Shown here piece after piece: positions 22,657 through 33,758 of a DNA stretch of 64,000 nucleotides. Below the pieces are notes generated by a model that was not told the DNA's origin, made no database searches, and saw nothing but the letters and a program-made list of their open reading frames with translations. A program made the position numbers and the translations under genes. The stretch's first letter is position 1. Every line of letters begins with the position of its first letter. The stretch is taken from the NCBI GenBank assembly GCA_902514665.1, contig CABXRS010000003.1, positions 3,255 to 67,254 on the forward strand, in the 5' to 3' direction. The DNA is from an uncultured Pelagibacteraceae bacterium. Lineage in GTDB: Bacteria; Pseudomonadota; Alphaproteobacteria; Pelagibacterales; Pelagibacteraceae.

Positions 22657-23052
22657 ATGAGTTTAAGTGACCCAATAGCAGACATGATTGCAAGAGTAAA
22701 AAACGCTCAAGCTAGAAATCATAAAAAAGTAGAATTACCATCCTCTAATTTTAAATCAAAAATTGCAGATATTTTAAAAAATGAGGGGTTTATTAAAGAT
22801 TTTAAAATAAATTCTCAGGATAAAAAACCCACCTTATCTTTAGAATTAAAATATCACTCAGGGAGTCCAGTCATTAGTGCTTTTGAAAGAGTTTCAAAGC
22901 CTGGAAGAAGAATTTTTTCAAGTGCAAGTGGTCTACCAAAAATTAATAATGGTCTTGGTATTGCTATAGTCTCAACCCCAAAAGGAGTTATGACGGACAT
23001 AGATGCCAGAAAACAAAAAGTTGGTGGAGAAATTATTTGTAAGGTATTTTAA
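22657..23052 (+). CDS. rpsH: 30S ribosomal protein S8
   Basis: DPIADM, SKPGRR, STPKGVMT, GGEII. Confidence 0.98.
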   Translation: MSLSDPIADMIARVKNAQARNHKKVELPSSNFKSKIADILKNEGFIKDFKINSQDKKPTLSLELKYHSGSPVISAFERVSKPGRRIFSSASGLPKINNGLGIAIVSTPKGVMTDIDARKQKVGGEIICKVF

Positions 23053-23591
23053 TGTCTAAAATAGGTAAAATAAATATATCAATTCCAGAAAAAGTAAAAG
23101 TTGCCTTAGCTGGGAATATAATCAATATAGAAGGACCTCTAGGTAAAAAATCAATCAATATTGATCTTGATATGTTTAACTTGGATATAAAAGAGGGAAA
23201 GGAAATTTCAATTAAACCTAAAAAAGTTGATCAAAATTCAAAAAGACTTTGGGGCATGAATAGAAGTATAATCAACAACGCTGTTATAGGCTCTAGTACT
23301 GGTTATGAAAAAATCTTAGAATTAGTGGGTGTAGGATATAGAGCCAGTTTAAAAGGTGCTCAATTAAACTTACAGCTAGGATATAGCCATGACATAGATT
23401 TTGATATTCCTGAAGGTATTAAAATTGCAGTTGAAAAACAAACAACTTTAAAAATTACTGGATCAGACAAACAACTTGTTGGCTCTGTTGCATCAAAGAT
23501 TAAAACATTAAGAAAAATAGAACCGTACAAAGGAAAAGGTATAAGAGAAAAAGGTCAATACGTTCTTAAAAAAGAAGGAAAGAAAAAATAA
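23052..23591 (+). CDS. rplF: 50S ribosomal protein L6
   Basis: [19 protein letters not shown]. Confidence 0.98.
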   Translation: MSKIGKINISIPEKVKVALAGNIINIEGPLGKKSINIDLDMFNLDIKEGKEISIKPKKVDQNSKRLWGMNRSIINNAVIGSSTGYEKILELVGVGYRASLKGAQLNLQLGYSHDIDFDIPEGIKIAVEKQTTLKITGSDKQLVGSVASKIKTLRKIEPYKGKGIREKGQYVLKKEGKKK

Positions 23592-23947
23592 TGAAACTAA
23601 CCACAAGTATTAGAAAAAGATTTAGAGTAAGCAACAAGCTTAAAAGAGTTGCTGCAAGCGATAGGTTCAGATTAAGCATCTCAAGATCAGCAAAAAATAT
23701 TTCGGCTCAAATAATTGATGATATAAAAAAAGTAACATTATTGTCTGCATCTTCAGTCGAAAAAGATCTAAAATCTGGAGACAAAGTAAACAAAACTGAA
23801 GTATCAAAACTAGTGGCAAAAAAATTGGCAAAAAAAGCTCAAGAAAAAAACATAACCAAAATTTATTTTGATAGAGGTTCTTACAAGTACCATGGTAGAG
23901 TAAAAGCTTTTGCTGAAACCTTAAGAGAGAATGGAATGGAATTTTAA
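23591..23947 (+). CDS. rplR: 50S ribosomal protein L18
   Basis: [18 protein letters not shown]. Confidence 0.98.
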   Translation: MKLTTSIRKRFRVSNKLKRVAASDRFRLSISRSAKNISAQIIDDIKKVTLLSASSVEKDLKSGDKVNKTEVSKLVAKKLAKKAQEKNITKIYFDRGSYKYHGRVKAFAETLRENGMEF

Positions 23948-23948
23948 T

Positions 23949-24464
23949 ATGGAAAATTTTAAAGATAAAAAAAACGACGATATACTAGAAAAATTAGTTC
24001 ACATAAATAGAATTACTAAAGTTGTGAAGGGTGGAAGAAGATTTGGTTTTTCAGCACTAGTAGTAGTTGGAAATCAAGCTGGAAAAATCGGGATTGCTCA
24101 TGCAAAGGCAAAACAGGTTCCAGATGCAATAAAAAAAGCTAATGAAATGGCTAGAAGAAAACTTACCCATATTCCCTTAAGGGAAGGAAGAACCATACAC
24201 CACGATGTTAAAGCGAAAGATGGTTCAGGTAGAATTGTTTTAAGAGCAGCATCTAAAGGAACAGGGATTATTGCTGGAGGACCTGTCAGAGCGGTTTGTG
24301 AAGTTTTAGGTGTTAAAGATATTGTAGCTAAATCAATGGGTACTTCAAATGCACACAATGTTATTAGAGCTACAATGAAAGCTTTGTTGAAACAAAATTC
24401 ACCCAAACAAATATCTGCAATAAGAAACAAGAAAATCTCAGAAATAGTTGAAAAAAGAGGATAA
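23949..24464 (+). CDS. rpsE: 30S ribosomal protein S5
   Basis: KVVKGGRRF, GTGIIAGG; start placed at ATG 23949, just after the rplR stop. Confidence 0.97.
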   Translation: MENFKDKKNDDILEKLVHINRITKVVKGGRRFGFSALVVVGNQAGKIGIAHAKAKQVPDAIKKANEMARRKLTHIPLREGRTIHHDVKAKDGSGRIVLRAASKGTGIIAGGPVRAVCEVLGVKDIVAKSMGTSNAHNVIRATMKALLKQNSPKQISAIRNKKISEIVEKRG

Positions 24465-24916
24465 TGATTAATTTAAATAATAGAGAAAAGATAAATAAAT
24501 CCAAAATAAGAGTTGGAAGAGGTATTGGTTCTGGTAAGGGCAAAACATCTGGAAGAGGTGTTAAAGGCCAAAAGTCAAGATCTGGTGTAGCTATTAAAAG
24601 TTTTGAAGGTGGTCAAATGCCACTATATCGAAGATTACCAAAAAGAGGATTTAATGCTATTTCAAAAGATCTAGTAGCAATTATAAATTTAGAAAAAATT
24701 CAATCATATATTGATAAGAAAAATATTAATCCTAACGAGGTACTTAATTCTGATTTACTAAAAAAATTAAAATTAATAAATAAGAATTCAAAAAAGCTTA
24801 AGATTTTAGCTACAGGTGAAGTTAAAAATAAAATCAATATTGAAGCAGATTTAGCTTCAAAATCCGCAATTGAAAAACTTGAAAAAATTGGTGGATCCAT
24901 TCGACTTAAAAAATAG
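24464..24916 (+). CDS. rplO: 50S ribosomal protein L15
   Basis: RVGRGIGSGKGKT, FEGGQMPLYRRLPKRGF. Confidence 0.98.
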   Translation: MINLNNREKINKSKIRVGRGIGSGKGKTSGRGVKGQKSRSGVAIKSFEGGQMPLYRRLPKRGFNAISKDLVAIINLEKIQSYIDKKNINPNEVLNSDLLKKLKLINKNSKKLKILATGEVKNKINIEADLASKSAIEKLEKIGGSIRLKK

Positions 24917-24925
24917 TTAATTGAT

Positions 24926-26206
24926 ATGAGTGATTCATCATCAACAACTGATCTAAGAAATAGAATAATTTTCACCATATTTATTCTTGCTGTATATAGA
25001 TTTGGAACCTTTGTTCCTCTTCCAGGTATAGATCCAGAACAATTGAAAATTATGATGGATGGCAATCAAAAGGGATTACTTGGAATGTTTAACGTATTTG
25101 CAGGAGGTGCCGTTAGCCGAATGGCCATTTTTGCACTTGGCATAATGCCATACATTTCATCTGCAATTATTGTTCAACTTTTAACCGGTGTTTCTGATTA
25201 TTTCAAAAATTTAAAAGCACAGGGTGAAACTGGTAGAGCAAAAATTACACAAATTACAAGATATGGAACAGTATTGTTAGCAACAGTACAAGGTTATGGA
25301 TTGTCAGTCGGTCTCGAGTCGTCAGCAGACTTAGTTATTAATCCTGGTGCTTTCTTTAAAATTACAACTGTAACGACTATTGTAGCAGGCACTGTATTTT
25401 TAATGTGGCTAGGTGAACAAATTACTCAAAGAGGGATTGGTAACGGTATATCATTAATAATTTTTGCGGGAATTGTTGCAGAAATACCTAGGGCTCTTGT
25501 AACGACTTTTGAGCTTGGAAGAACAGGAGCTGTATCAACAATTATGATCTTAGCTATTTTTGTTTTACTAATTTTAACAATATTATTTGTTGTATTTATG
25601 GAAAGAGCACTAAGAAAAATTCTTATAAATTATCCAAAAAGACAAATGGGAAATAAAATGTATGGTGGAGAGTCATCACACTTGCCTTTAAAAATTAACC
25701 AAGCAGGAGTAATACCAGCTATATTTGCTTCAGCACTTTTATTATTACCTGTTACTTTTTCAAATTTTTCTTTTTCAGATAATGAAACATTTTTAAATTT
25801 AAGCTCATTTTTTACACAAGGTCAGCCTTTGTATATGCTGTTATATGCATCTGGAATAATATTTTTCACTTTTTTTTACACATCTATAACATTTAACCCC
25901 ACAGAAACTGCGGAGAACCTTAGAAAATATGGCGGGTTTGTCCCAGGTATTAGACCAGGTGAAAGTACAGCTATGTACATAGAAAATATTTCAATAAAAC
26001 TTACTACAATTGGCGCTTTATATTTAACACTAGTATGTCTTATGCCTGAATTTTTAATTGCAAATTATCCTATTCCTTTTTATTTAGGAGGTGCTTCTAT
26101 ATTAATTGTCGTAGTAGTTGCAATTGATACTGTAACACAAATTCAAACCAGATTGATGAGTTCGCAGTACGAACAACTAATTAAAAAAACTAAATTTGGT
26201 AGATAA
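24926..26206 (+). CDS. secY: Preprotein translocase subunit SecY
   Basis: FALGIMPYI, WLGEQIT..GIGNG, PGIRPG; about 10 TM segments. Confidence 0.99.
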   Translation: MSDSSSTTDLRNRIIFTIFILAVYRFGTFVPLPGIDPEQLKIMMDGNQKGLLGMFNVFAGGAVSRMAIFALGIMPYISSAIIVQLLTGVSDYFKNLKAQGETGRAKITQITRYGTVLLATVQGYGLSVGLESSADLVINPGAFFKITTVTTIVAGTVFLMWLGEQITQRGIGNGISLIIFAGIVAEIPRALVTTFELGRTGAVSTIMILAIFVLLILTILFVVFMERALRKILINYPKRQMGNKMYGGESSHLPLKINQAGVIPAIFASALLLLPVTFSNFSFSDNETFLNLSSFFTQGQPLYMLLYASGIIFFTFFYTSITFNPTETAENLRKYGGFVPGIRPGESTAMYIENISIKLTTIGALYLTLVCLMPEFLIANYPIPFYLGGASILIVVVVAIDTVTQIQTRLMSSQYEQLIKKTKFGR

Positions 26207-26770
26207 GTGAATATAATATTATTTGGACCTCCGGGTGCTGGTAAAGGAACTCAGGCCAAATATTTAGTAAAAAAATTAAGTAATTTTCAAATTTCAACAG
26301 GTGATATTTTAAGAGACGAAATTAAAAACAATTCTGATATTGGAAAAAAAATTATAAACGTCATGAATGATGGAAGGTTTGTTAATGACGATATAGTTAA
26401 TGAACTTTTAGAAAAACAAGTATTTGATCCTATTAAAAAAAATAAATTGATATTTGATGGTTATCCACGTTCAATAAATCAGGCAAAAAATCTAGATTTA
26501 TTACTTGATAAATCAGATCAGAAGATAGATTTCGTTTTTTTTCTAAATGTTAATAAGGAGACAGTAATAAAACGAATACAAAAAAGAAAAATCTTAGAAA
26601 ATAGATCAGACGATGAATTGGATACCATTCTAAAAAGGTATGACACTTACATGAGAACAACCAAACCGGTTTTAGATTTCTATGCTAAAAATGCAAATTT
26701 CCATGAAATTGATGGAAGTAATGAAATTGATCAAATAACCAATAAAATTGACACTTTTATCAATGTTTAA
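26207..26770 (+). CDS. adk: Adenylate kinase (short-LID type), GTG start
   Basis: GPPGAGKGTQ, STGDILR, DGYPR, R-S-DD short LID. Confidence 0.96.
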   Translation: MNIILFGPPGAGKGTQAKYLVKKLSNFQISTGDILRDEIKNNSDIGKKIINVMNDGRFVNDDIVNELLEKQVFDPIKKNKLIFDGYPRSINQAKNLDLLLDKSDQKIDFVFFLNVNKETVIKRIQKRKILENRSDDELDTILKRYDTYMRTTKPVLDFYAKNANFHEIDGSNEIDQITNKIDTFINV

Positions 26771-26774
26771 GGCG

Positions 26775-26802
26775 TTGACTTTGATTAATCTTATTATATA
26801 AA
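26775..26802 (+). promoter_or_regulatory. Putative promoter of the alpha (rpsM) operon
   Basis: TTGACT(26775)-N16-TATAAA(26797); bracketed by the inverted repeat TGACTTT...AAAGTCA. Confidence 0.5.
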
Positions 26803-26826
26803 AGTCACAAATTATCACAAAAACTT

Positions 26827-27210
26827 ATGGCTCGTATCGCTGGTATAAATGTTCCACAAAATAAACTTGTCCACATTGGACTTACTTATATCTATGGTAT
26901 TGGGGACAAATTTTCTGATCAAATTTGTTCATCACTTGAGATTCCTAAAGCAAAAAGAGTAAACGAGCTCACTGATGCTGAAATATTAAAAATTAGAGAA
27001 TATATAGACCAAAATTTTAAAGTTGAAGGAGATCTTAGAAGAGATTATTCGCTCAGCATAAAAAGGTTAATAGATCTAGCTTGTTATAGAGGTACTAGAC
27101 ATAGAAAAAAATTGCCAGTTAGAGGTCAAAGAACTAGATGCAATGCAAGAACAAGAAAAGGAAAAGCAATAGCAATTGCAGGAAAAAAATTAACACCAAC
27201 TAAAAAATAG
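26827..27210 (+). CDS. rpsM: 30S ribosomal protein S13
   Basis: [20 protein letters not shown]. Confidence 0.98.
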   Translation: MARIAGINVPQNKLVHIGLTYIYGIGDKFSDQICSSLEIPKAKRVNELTDAEILKIREYIDQNFKVEGDLRRDYSLSIKRLIDLACYRGTRHRKKLPVRGQRTRCNARTRKGKAIAIAGKKLTPTKK

Positions 27211-27212
27211 TT

Positions 27213-27662
27213 ATGGCAAAATCTGATAAAGTTGAAAATAACGATCAGAAGATAGAGAAGTCTTCAAAAAAAAGTGCAAAGAGCTCTTATTCCAAAAAAA
27301 AGAAAACAAAAAAAAATATTTTAAATGGAATTGCATACGTGCAATCAACTTTTAATAATACTATAATTTCAATAGCTGATACAAATGGTAATGTAATATC
27401 TTGGGCTTCTGCTGGACAAAAAGGTTTTAAGGGTTCAAGAAAATCTACTCCATACGCTGCACAAATTGCTGCTGACTCTGCAGCCTCAAAAGCTCTGGAG
27501 TATGGTATGAAAACTCTATATGTTGAAGTTAAAGGACCAGGATCAGGAAGAGAAACAGCATTAAGAGCTTTGCAAGCAAGAGGATTTAAAATTTTGTCTA
27601 TTAAAGACACTACACCCATGCCGCATAATGGGACAAGACCACCAAAGAAAAGGAGAGTTTAA
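27213..27662 (+). CDS. rpsK: 30S ribosomal protein S11 (Lys-rich N-terminal extension)
   Basis: [26 protein letters not shown]. Confidence 0.98.
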   Translation: MAKSDKVENNDQKIEKSSKKSAKSSYSKKKKTKKNILNGIAYVQSTFNNTIISIADTNGNVISWASAGQKGFKGSRKSTPYAAQIAADSAASKALEYGMKTLYVEVKGPGSGRETALRALQARGFKILSIKDTTPMPHNGTRPPKKRRV

Positions 27663-28690
27663 TGGAAGTCGAAAATGTTAATGTAAAAAATTGGAAGTCA
27701 TTAATTAAACCATCAAAACTTGATGTGCAAATAAGTGATGATTTAACTAATGCAAAAATTGTTGCTGAACCATTGGAAAAAGGTTTTGGCCTAACTTTAG
27801 GAAATTCTTTGAGAAGAATTTTGCTTTCTTCAATAAGAGGAGCGGCAGTTACATCAATTCAAATAGATGGTGTTCTTCATGAATTTACTTCTATAAAAGG
27901 TGTTAGAGAAGATGTTACAGATATTGTTTTAAACGTTAAATCTTTAGCATTAAAATGTAATTCAGAAGGTACAAAAAAATTAATTTTAGATGCCAAAGGA
28001 CCAGGTGAAATTAAAGCTTCTGATATTGGAGCTGTTACTGATGTAGAAATTCTAAATCCAGAATTAGTAATTTGTAATCTTGACGAAAACACATCTTTTC
28101 ATATGGAAATGAATGTTAATACCGGAAAAGGTTATGTTCCAGCAGATCTTAATAAACCGGAGGAGCCACCACTTGGATTAATTGCTATAGACTCACTTTA
28201 CAGTCCAGTAAAAAAAGTTTCATTTTCAGTAAGCACTGCAAGAGAAGGCAAAGCACTTGATTATGATAAATTAACTATGGAAGTTGAAACTAATGGATCT
28301 ATATCTGCTGAGGATGCTGTTGCTTACTCAGCAAGAATTTTTCAAGATCAGTTAAAAATGTTTGTTAATTTTGATGAACCAGTTGAAGCTCCGATTAAAG
28401 AAGTTTCTACAGAACCTGAATTCAATAAGAACTTATTGAGAAAAGTAGATGAATTAGAGCTATCTGTTAGATCTATGAATTGTTTAAAGAACGACAATAT
28501 TATCTACATCGGAGACTTAGTCCAAAAATCCGAAGGGGAAATGCTTAGAACTCCTAATTTTGGAAGAAAATCTTTAAATGAAATCAAGGAAGTTTTAACA
28601 GGAATGTCTTTATACTTAGGCATGGAAATACCTAATTGGCCACCAGATAATATTGCAGAAATGTCTAAAAAATTAGAGGAAGCCATTTAA
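27662..28690 (+). CDS. rpoA: RNA polymerase alpha subunit
   Basis: [34 protein letters not shown]. Confidence 0.99.
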   Translation: MEVENVNVKNWKSLIKPSKLDVQISDDLTNAKIVAEPLEKGFGLTLGNSLRRILLSSIRGAAVTSIQIDGVLHEFTSIKGVREDVTDIVLNVKSLALKCNSEGTKKLILDAKGPGEIKASDIGAVTDVEILNPELVICNLDENTSFHMEMNVNTGKGYVPADLNKPEEPPLGLIAIDSLYSPVKKVSFSVSTAREGKALDYDKLTMEVETNGSISAEDAVAYSARIFQDQLKMFVNFDEPVEAPIKEVSTEPEFNKNLLRKVDELELSVRSMNCLKNDNIIYIGDLVQKSEGEMLRTPNFGRKSLNEIKEVLTGMSLYLGMEIPNWPPDNIAEMSKKLEEAI

Positions 28691-29133
28691 TGAGACATGG
28701 TATTGCAAATAAAAAGTTAAACAGGACTTCTGAACATAGAAAAGCTCTATTAAAGAATATGCTTAATTCTTTAATAAAATATGAGCAAATAAAAACTACT
28801 TTGCCAAAAGCTAAATTTTTAAAACCTCAGGCAGATAAAATTATTACTTTAGGTAAGAAGGAAACTTTACAAACAACTAAAATGTTAGTTTCACAACTTC
28901 AAGATACTAAGTCTGCAAATAAAGTTAAAAAAACCCTATCCAAAAGATATGTAGATAGAAAAGGTGGATATACTAGAATTATTAAAGCTGGATTTAGATA
29001 TGGTGATAATGCTCCAATGGCTATAATCGAATTTGTTGATAGAGATGTGGAAGCTAAAAGAGTGGACAAACCAAAAAAAAATACAACTAAAGAAACACCA
29101 AAAGCTGTAGAAAAAAAACAAGCATCAGAATAG
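28690..29133 (+). CDS. rplQ: 50S ribosomal protein L17
   Basis: MRHG..KLNR, GGYTRI, GDNAPMA. Confidence 0.98.
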   Translation: MRHGIANKKLNRTSEHRKALLKNMLNSLIKYEQIKTTLPKAKFLKPQADKIITLGKKETLQTTKMLVSQLQDTKSANKVKKTLSKRYVDRKGGYTRIIKAGFRYGDNAPMAIIEFVDRDVEAKRVDKPKKNTTKETPKAVEKKQASE

Positions 29134-29143
29134 ATTCAAAATC

Positions 29144-30061
29144 ATGAAAAAGTCTTACATCGTTGATTCAACGTGTAATGACATGCGTATTGATCGATGG
29201 ATAAGAAATAAATTTGGAAAAATTCCTCAAGGATTAATAGAAAAATATTTAAGATCAGGAAAAATTAAATTAAATAAAAAAAAAATTAAAAGTTCACAAA
29301 AAATTAATTCAAAAGATAATATTGATTTATTCAATATTGAATTTAAAGATATAATTGTTCAAAAAAAAATTAAATTTAAACCATCTAAAGAAGTTATAAA
29401 ATCAAATGAAGATCAAATAATTGATAATAACGAAAATTTTATTGTACTCAATAAAAGTTCAGGAATATCGGTTCAAGGTGGAACTAAATCAAAAAAAAAT
29501 CTTGTAGATATTTTTTCTAAAAGTGAAATCTTTCAAGGTACAAAACCATATTCAGTACACCGTTTAGACAAAGACACATCTGGAGTTTTTATTATGGCAA
29601 AAAATAGGGGTAGCGCTCAATTATTAACTTCCTTATTTAGACTTAGAAAGGTTCACAAAACTTATTTAGCTATCTGTCATGGGGAAATAGTTAAAGATTC
29701 TGGTGAATGGAATGATGATTTAATAAGATATGATGGAGAAAAAAAGATCATAGAGACAGCTAAAACTTTATACAAAGTACTTGATAAAAATTCAGAAGCT
29801 AGTCTAGTCGAACTTAAGCCTATAACTGGTCGTAAGCATCAATTGAGAAAACAATTATATGCATTGGGTCAGCCGGTTTTTGGAGATATTAAGTATAAAT
29901 TATCAAATACTACCAGAGGTCTGAATAAAAATTTAATGCTTCATTCTTATCAAATAAAATTTATCATTAATGATGTTAGACATACGTATACTGCTTTATT
30001 ACCTGATTATTTTAAAAATTTACTGAAGACAAAAAGACTTAGTTTTCCAGGTTTAAAATAA
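29144..30061 (+). CDS. rluC: RluA-family 23S rRNA pseudouridine synthase with N-terminal S4 domain (RluC-like)
   Basis: MRIDRW S4 domain, [21 protein letters not shown]. Confidence 0.85.
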   Translation: MKKSYIVDSTCNDMRIDRWIRNKFGKIPQGLIEKYLRSGKIKLNKKKIKSSQKINSKDNIDLFNIEFKDIIVQKKIKFKPSKEVIKSNEDQIIDNNENFIVLNKSSGISVQGGTKSKKNLVDIFSKSEIFQGTKPYSVHRLDKDTSGVFIMAKNRGSAQLLTSLFRLRKVHKTYLAICHGEIVKDSGEWNDDLIRYDGEKKIIETAKTLYKVLDKNSEASLVELKPITGRKHQLRKQLYALGQPVFGDIKYKLSNTTRGLNKNLMLHSYQIKFIINDVRHTYTALLPDYFKNLLKTKRLSFPGLK

Positions 30062-30656
30062 ATTTTTTTACTAATAGATCTTTTAATTTTGAATAATCTT
30101 GTTTTTTAATTTTATTTAAATTTGATATTCCTTTATCTCTTATTCCACAAGGTATAATTTTTTTATATTGATCTATATTGTTCTCTATATTTATTGCAAA
30201 ACCATGATAGGCAATCCATTTTTTAACTCTTACACCAATTGCTGCAACTTTGTTTATAATACCATTTTCCTCATGCCAAATTCCAATATTTTCTTTGTCT
30301 GAAAAAGTCTCTATATTAAAAATTTTTAAAGTTTCTATAATTGTCTTTTCAATAGAATTTATAAATTTTCTAATATCTTTTTTATTTCTTAAATCGATAA
30401 CAAAGTAACAAATTAATTGTCCAGGACCATGACATGTGATTTTCCCACCTCTGTTTGTTTCAATAATTTTTATCGATTTATCAATTATATCTGTTTTGCT
30501 GTAACTAGTCCCAGCAGTATAAATTTCCTCATGCTCTAAAGTCCATATCAAGTCTTTTTCGTTTTTTTTAAATATTTGCTCCAATCTTTCTTCCATAAAA
30601 TTTATAGCATCAATATAATTTACCGGTTTTAGTGACTTTTTGATCTCTATATTCAT
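30039..30656 (-). CDS. lipB: Lipoyl(octanoyl) transferase
   Basis: [33 protein letters not shown]. Confidence 0.96.
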   Translation of the reverse strand: MNIEIKKSLKPVNYIDAINFMEERLEQIFKKNEKDLIWTLEHEEIYTAGTSYSKTDIIDKSIKIIETNRGGKITCHGPGQLICYFVIDLRNKKDIRKFINSIEKTIIETLKIFNIETFSDKENIGIWHEENGIINKVAAIGVRVKKWIAYHGFAINIENNIDQYKKIIPCGIRDKGISNLNKIKKQDYSKLKDLLVKKFILNLEN

Positions 30657-30717
30657 TTATAAATTGTATTATCTTTATTATGTATTAATAGTGCAAATTT
30701 AAATTATAGGTAGATTT

Positions 30718-32091
30718 ATGTCTTTAACAAAAAAAACTAAAGATAAAAAAGTAAATTTTGAATTTAATAAAGAGTACATTAGAGTTGTTACTTCAAAAAT
30801 AGCTAATAATGATGCTCAATTTATTAGTAATTCTTTTAGTGAAATGCACCCTGCTGATGCAGCAGATATAATTGAACATTTAAGCCAAAATGACAGAGAA
30901 AGTCTAATCAAACTTAATAATTTTAATATAGATCCAGAAGTATTTGTTGAGCTAAACGAGTCAATCCAATCAGAAATTATTAACTATTTATCTTCTGACT
31001 CAATAGTAAGTATTGTTAAAAATTTAGATTCAGATGATGCAATATCCATTTTAGAAAATGTACCTGAAGAAGATAAGAATAACATTCTTAGCTCTTTGCC
31101 GCCTAAAGATCGTTTTGCTCTATTGGAGAGTTTAAGTTATCCAGAAGATACAGCTGCCAGATTAATGCAAAGAGAATTTACTGCTATTCCTAGTAATTGG
31201 TCTGTAGGACAAACAATTGATTATTTGAGAGAAAATAAAGATCTTCCTGAGGAATTTTTAGAAATATTTATAGTAAATGAGGACTTTAACCCTATAGGCA
31301 CAGTTCCGTCCTCTAAGGTATTAACATCTCCAAGAGATACTAAGATGGTAACTGTAATGTCCGAGTCACAACTATTAGTACCTGTGGATATGGATAAGGA
31401 GGAAGTTGCTAACCTGTTTGAAAACTACAATCTAAATTCAGCAGCAGTTGTTGACAAAAATAACAAACTTGTAGGCATGATCATGAATGATGATGTACTA
31501 ACAGTCTTAAAGGAAGAAGCGGAAGAAGATGCGTTGAGATTAGCAGGGGTTGGTGACGAAGAGATAACAGATGGAGTAATAACTAAAACAAAAAGAAGAT
31601 TTAATTGGTTGCTATTAAATTTATTTACAGCGTTTCTAGCAACGTGGTGCATAAGTTTATTTGGAGCAACAATCGAACAAATGGTAGTTTTAGCTTTTCT
31701 AATGCCAATAGTTGCTTCAATGGGTGGTAATGCTGGAATGCAAACATTAGCAGTTACTGTACGAACTATTGCAACTAATGATTTGACTAAAAATAATTTT
31801 TCATCAAATGTTTTTAAAGAGTTTTCAATTGGTATTTTGAATGGAGTTATTTTTGCAATCATTAGTGCCATAATTGTTCAAATATGGTTTCAAGACAATT
31901 TACTCTCAATTATAATTGCTATTTCAATGGTTTTAACAATGATCATTGCAGGTTTATTTGGAATATTAGTTCCATTTACTCTTAAAAAAATGAACATTGA
32001 TCCAGCTATAGCATCAAGTGTGTTTGTTACAACAATAACAGATGTAATTGGTTTTGTATCCTTTTTAGGTGTCGGGGCTTATTTTCTATAA
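30718..32091 (+). CDS. mgtE: Magnesium transporter MgtE
   Basis: HPADAA N-domain, CBS pair, GGNAGMQ, DPAIAS..VTTITD. Confidence 0.96.
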   Translation: MSLTKKTKDKKVNFEFNKEYIRVVTSKIANNDAQFISNSFSEMHPADAADIIEHLSQNDRESLIKLNNFNIDPEVFVELNESIQSEIINYLSSDSIVSIVKNLDSDDAISILENVPEEDKNNILSSLPPKDRFALLESLSYPEDTAARLMQREFTAIPSNWSVGQTIDYLRENKDLPEEFLEIFIVNEDFNPIGTVPSSKVLTSPRDTKMVTVMSESQLLVPVDMDKEEVANLFENYNLNSAAVVDKNNKLVGMIMNDDVLTVLKEEAEEDALRLAGVGDEEITDGVITKTKRRFNWLLLNLFTAFLATWCISLFGATIEQMVVLAFLMPIVASMGGNAGMQTLAVTVRTIATNDLTKNNFSSNVFKEFSIGILNGVIFAIISAIIVQIWFQDNLLSIIIAISMVLTMIIAGLFGILVPFTLKKMNIDPAIASSVFVTTITDVIGFVSFLGVGAYFL

Positions 32092-32092
32092 C

Positions 32093-32908
32093 TTATAAAT
32101 TATCTATTAACCTAATCCCATTTAAATAGTATGCCACAAAAAGCCTAGATGTTTTAATAACATTTGATAATTTTAAGTTATTTATATCTCTAAGTTCTAA
32201 GTACTCAATTTTAATTTTAAATTGTTTTTGAAAATTATCTTTTACAGTCAACAGATATTTATTTTTATTTTTTTTATTTTTAATATTTTTTTTTACATTA
32301 TTTAATTTTCTTACTATATTACTGGCTAAATCGAGATTTGTTTTAGAGAGAAGGTAATTTCTTGATGATAGGGCAATTTTATTTTTATCACGAATAGTTT
32401 TGCAACCAACAACATCAGTATTGTATTTTTTCTTTAAAAATTTTTTAACCAAAAACAATTGCTGAAAATCTTTATTTCCCATAAAAATTTTGGTTGGTTT
32501 AACTATATTTGTTAGTCTGTCCATCACATCTATAACACCTTCAAAATGGTTATCTCTAAATTTAGCACATAAAATTTTATCTTTTTTATTTAGCTTAATT
32601 TTAGGTTTCTTATTATTTTCAAAGATATCATTAAATTTTGGAATATAGACAAAATCAACTTTTCTAGTTTGATTTAATAATTTTAAATCTTTTTTAATAT
32701 TTTTTGGGTAGGTTTTTAAATCTTTTTTGTTATTGAATTGTTTCGGATTAACAAAAATACTAACTACTGTTTTATGGCAAATTTGATTCGATTTACCAAT
32801 AAGAGATAAATGTCCTTTATGTATTGAGCCCATTGTAGGAACAAACCCAATGTCACTAAAATGCCCTAATGATTTAGTCAATGAAGTCTTATTTAATAAA
32901 ATTTTCAT
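32093..32908 (-). CDS. panC: Pantoate-beta-alanine ligase
   Basis: FVPTMG..HKGH, SIFVNPKQF, KDFQQ, ALSSRN, RLIDN; start placed at ATG 32908 (MKILLN). Confidence 0.93.
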   Translation of the reverse strand: MKILLNKTSLTKSLGHFSDIGFVPTMGSIHKGHLSLIGKSNQICHKTVVSIFVNPKQFNNKKDLKTYPKNIKKDLKLLNQTRKVDFVYIPKFNDIFENNKKPKIKLNKKDKILCAKFRDNHFEGVIDVMDRLTNIVKPTKIFMGNKDFQQLFLVKKFLKKKYNTDVVGCKTIRDKNKIALSSRNYLLSKTNLDLASNIVRKLNNVKKNIKNKKNKNKYLLTVKDNFQKQFKIKIEYLELRDINNLKLSNVIKTSRLFVAYYLNGIRLIDNL

Positions 32909-32942
32909 TTGTGTAAAATTCTTAAATAAGTAAAACATTTAA

Positions 32943-33758
32943 ATGATTAAACAAGCTATTATTCCATTAGCTGGACTTGGTACCAGATTGTTGCCACTGA
33001 CAAGTGTTTTTGCAAAGGAGTTGTTACCTATTAATGGAAAACCTGGTATTGAGTATATCTTACAAGAATGTATCGACGCTGGTATCAAAGAGATAATTTT
33101 TATTATCTCAAAGAAGAAAATGATGATTAAAAAATATTTTTACAGTGATACATTTTATAAAAATATAATCAAAAAGAAAAAAGATCCTAAAATTATTGAA
33201 GAATACAAAAAAATTCTAAAATATAAAAAAATGATAAAATTCGTTTATCAAAATAAACCTAAAGGTACCGGAGATGCTGTTCTTAAAACAAAAAAATTTA
33301 TTAAAGATAAATATTTTTTAATGTTATTACCTGACGATTTAATAATGAAACATAATTGTTCAAAATCAATGATTAATACACACAATAAATACAAATCATC
33401 AGTTATGGCAAGTATGAAAGTAAAAAAAAAAACAGTGACTAGATGGGGTATTTATAATTTAAGTAAAAAAGTCTCAAAAAATAATTTTACTATAAAAGAA
33501 GTTGTTGAAAAACCATCTATTAAAAATGCTCCATCAAACAAAGCTGTAATTGGTAGATATATTTTACCAAAGACAATTTTTAAAAAACTACTGAACCAAA
33601 AACCTGGCAAAGGTGGTGAAATTCATATTACAGACGCAATACAATCTTTAATCAATGATAATGAAAAATTTATTGCACATAATTTTACCGGTAAATATTT
33701 AGACTGTGGAACTATGAGTGGGTTTATAAAATCTAATATAGAAATAGGAAAGTTATGA
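32943..33758 (+). CDS. galU: UTP-glucose-1-phosphate uridylyltransferase-like nucleotidyltransferase
   Basis: IPLAGLGTRLLP..KELLP, LPDD, VEKP, GRY, GEIHITDAI, DCG; coupled to ugd. Confidence 0.85.
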   Translation: MIKQAIIPLAGLGTRLLPLTSVFAKELLPINGKPGIEYILQECIDAGIKEIIFIISKKKMMIKKYFYSDTFYKNIIKKKKDPKIIEEYKKILKYKKMIKFVYQNKPKGTGDAVLKTKKFIKDKYFLMLLPDDLIMKHNCSKSMINTHNKYKSSVMASMKVKKKTVTRWGIYNLSKKVSKNNFTIKEVVEKPSIKNAPSNKAVIGRYILPKTIFKKLLNQKPGKGGEIHITDAIQSLINDNEKFIAHNFTGKYLDCGTMSGFIKSNIEIGKL

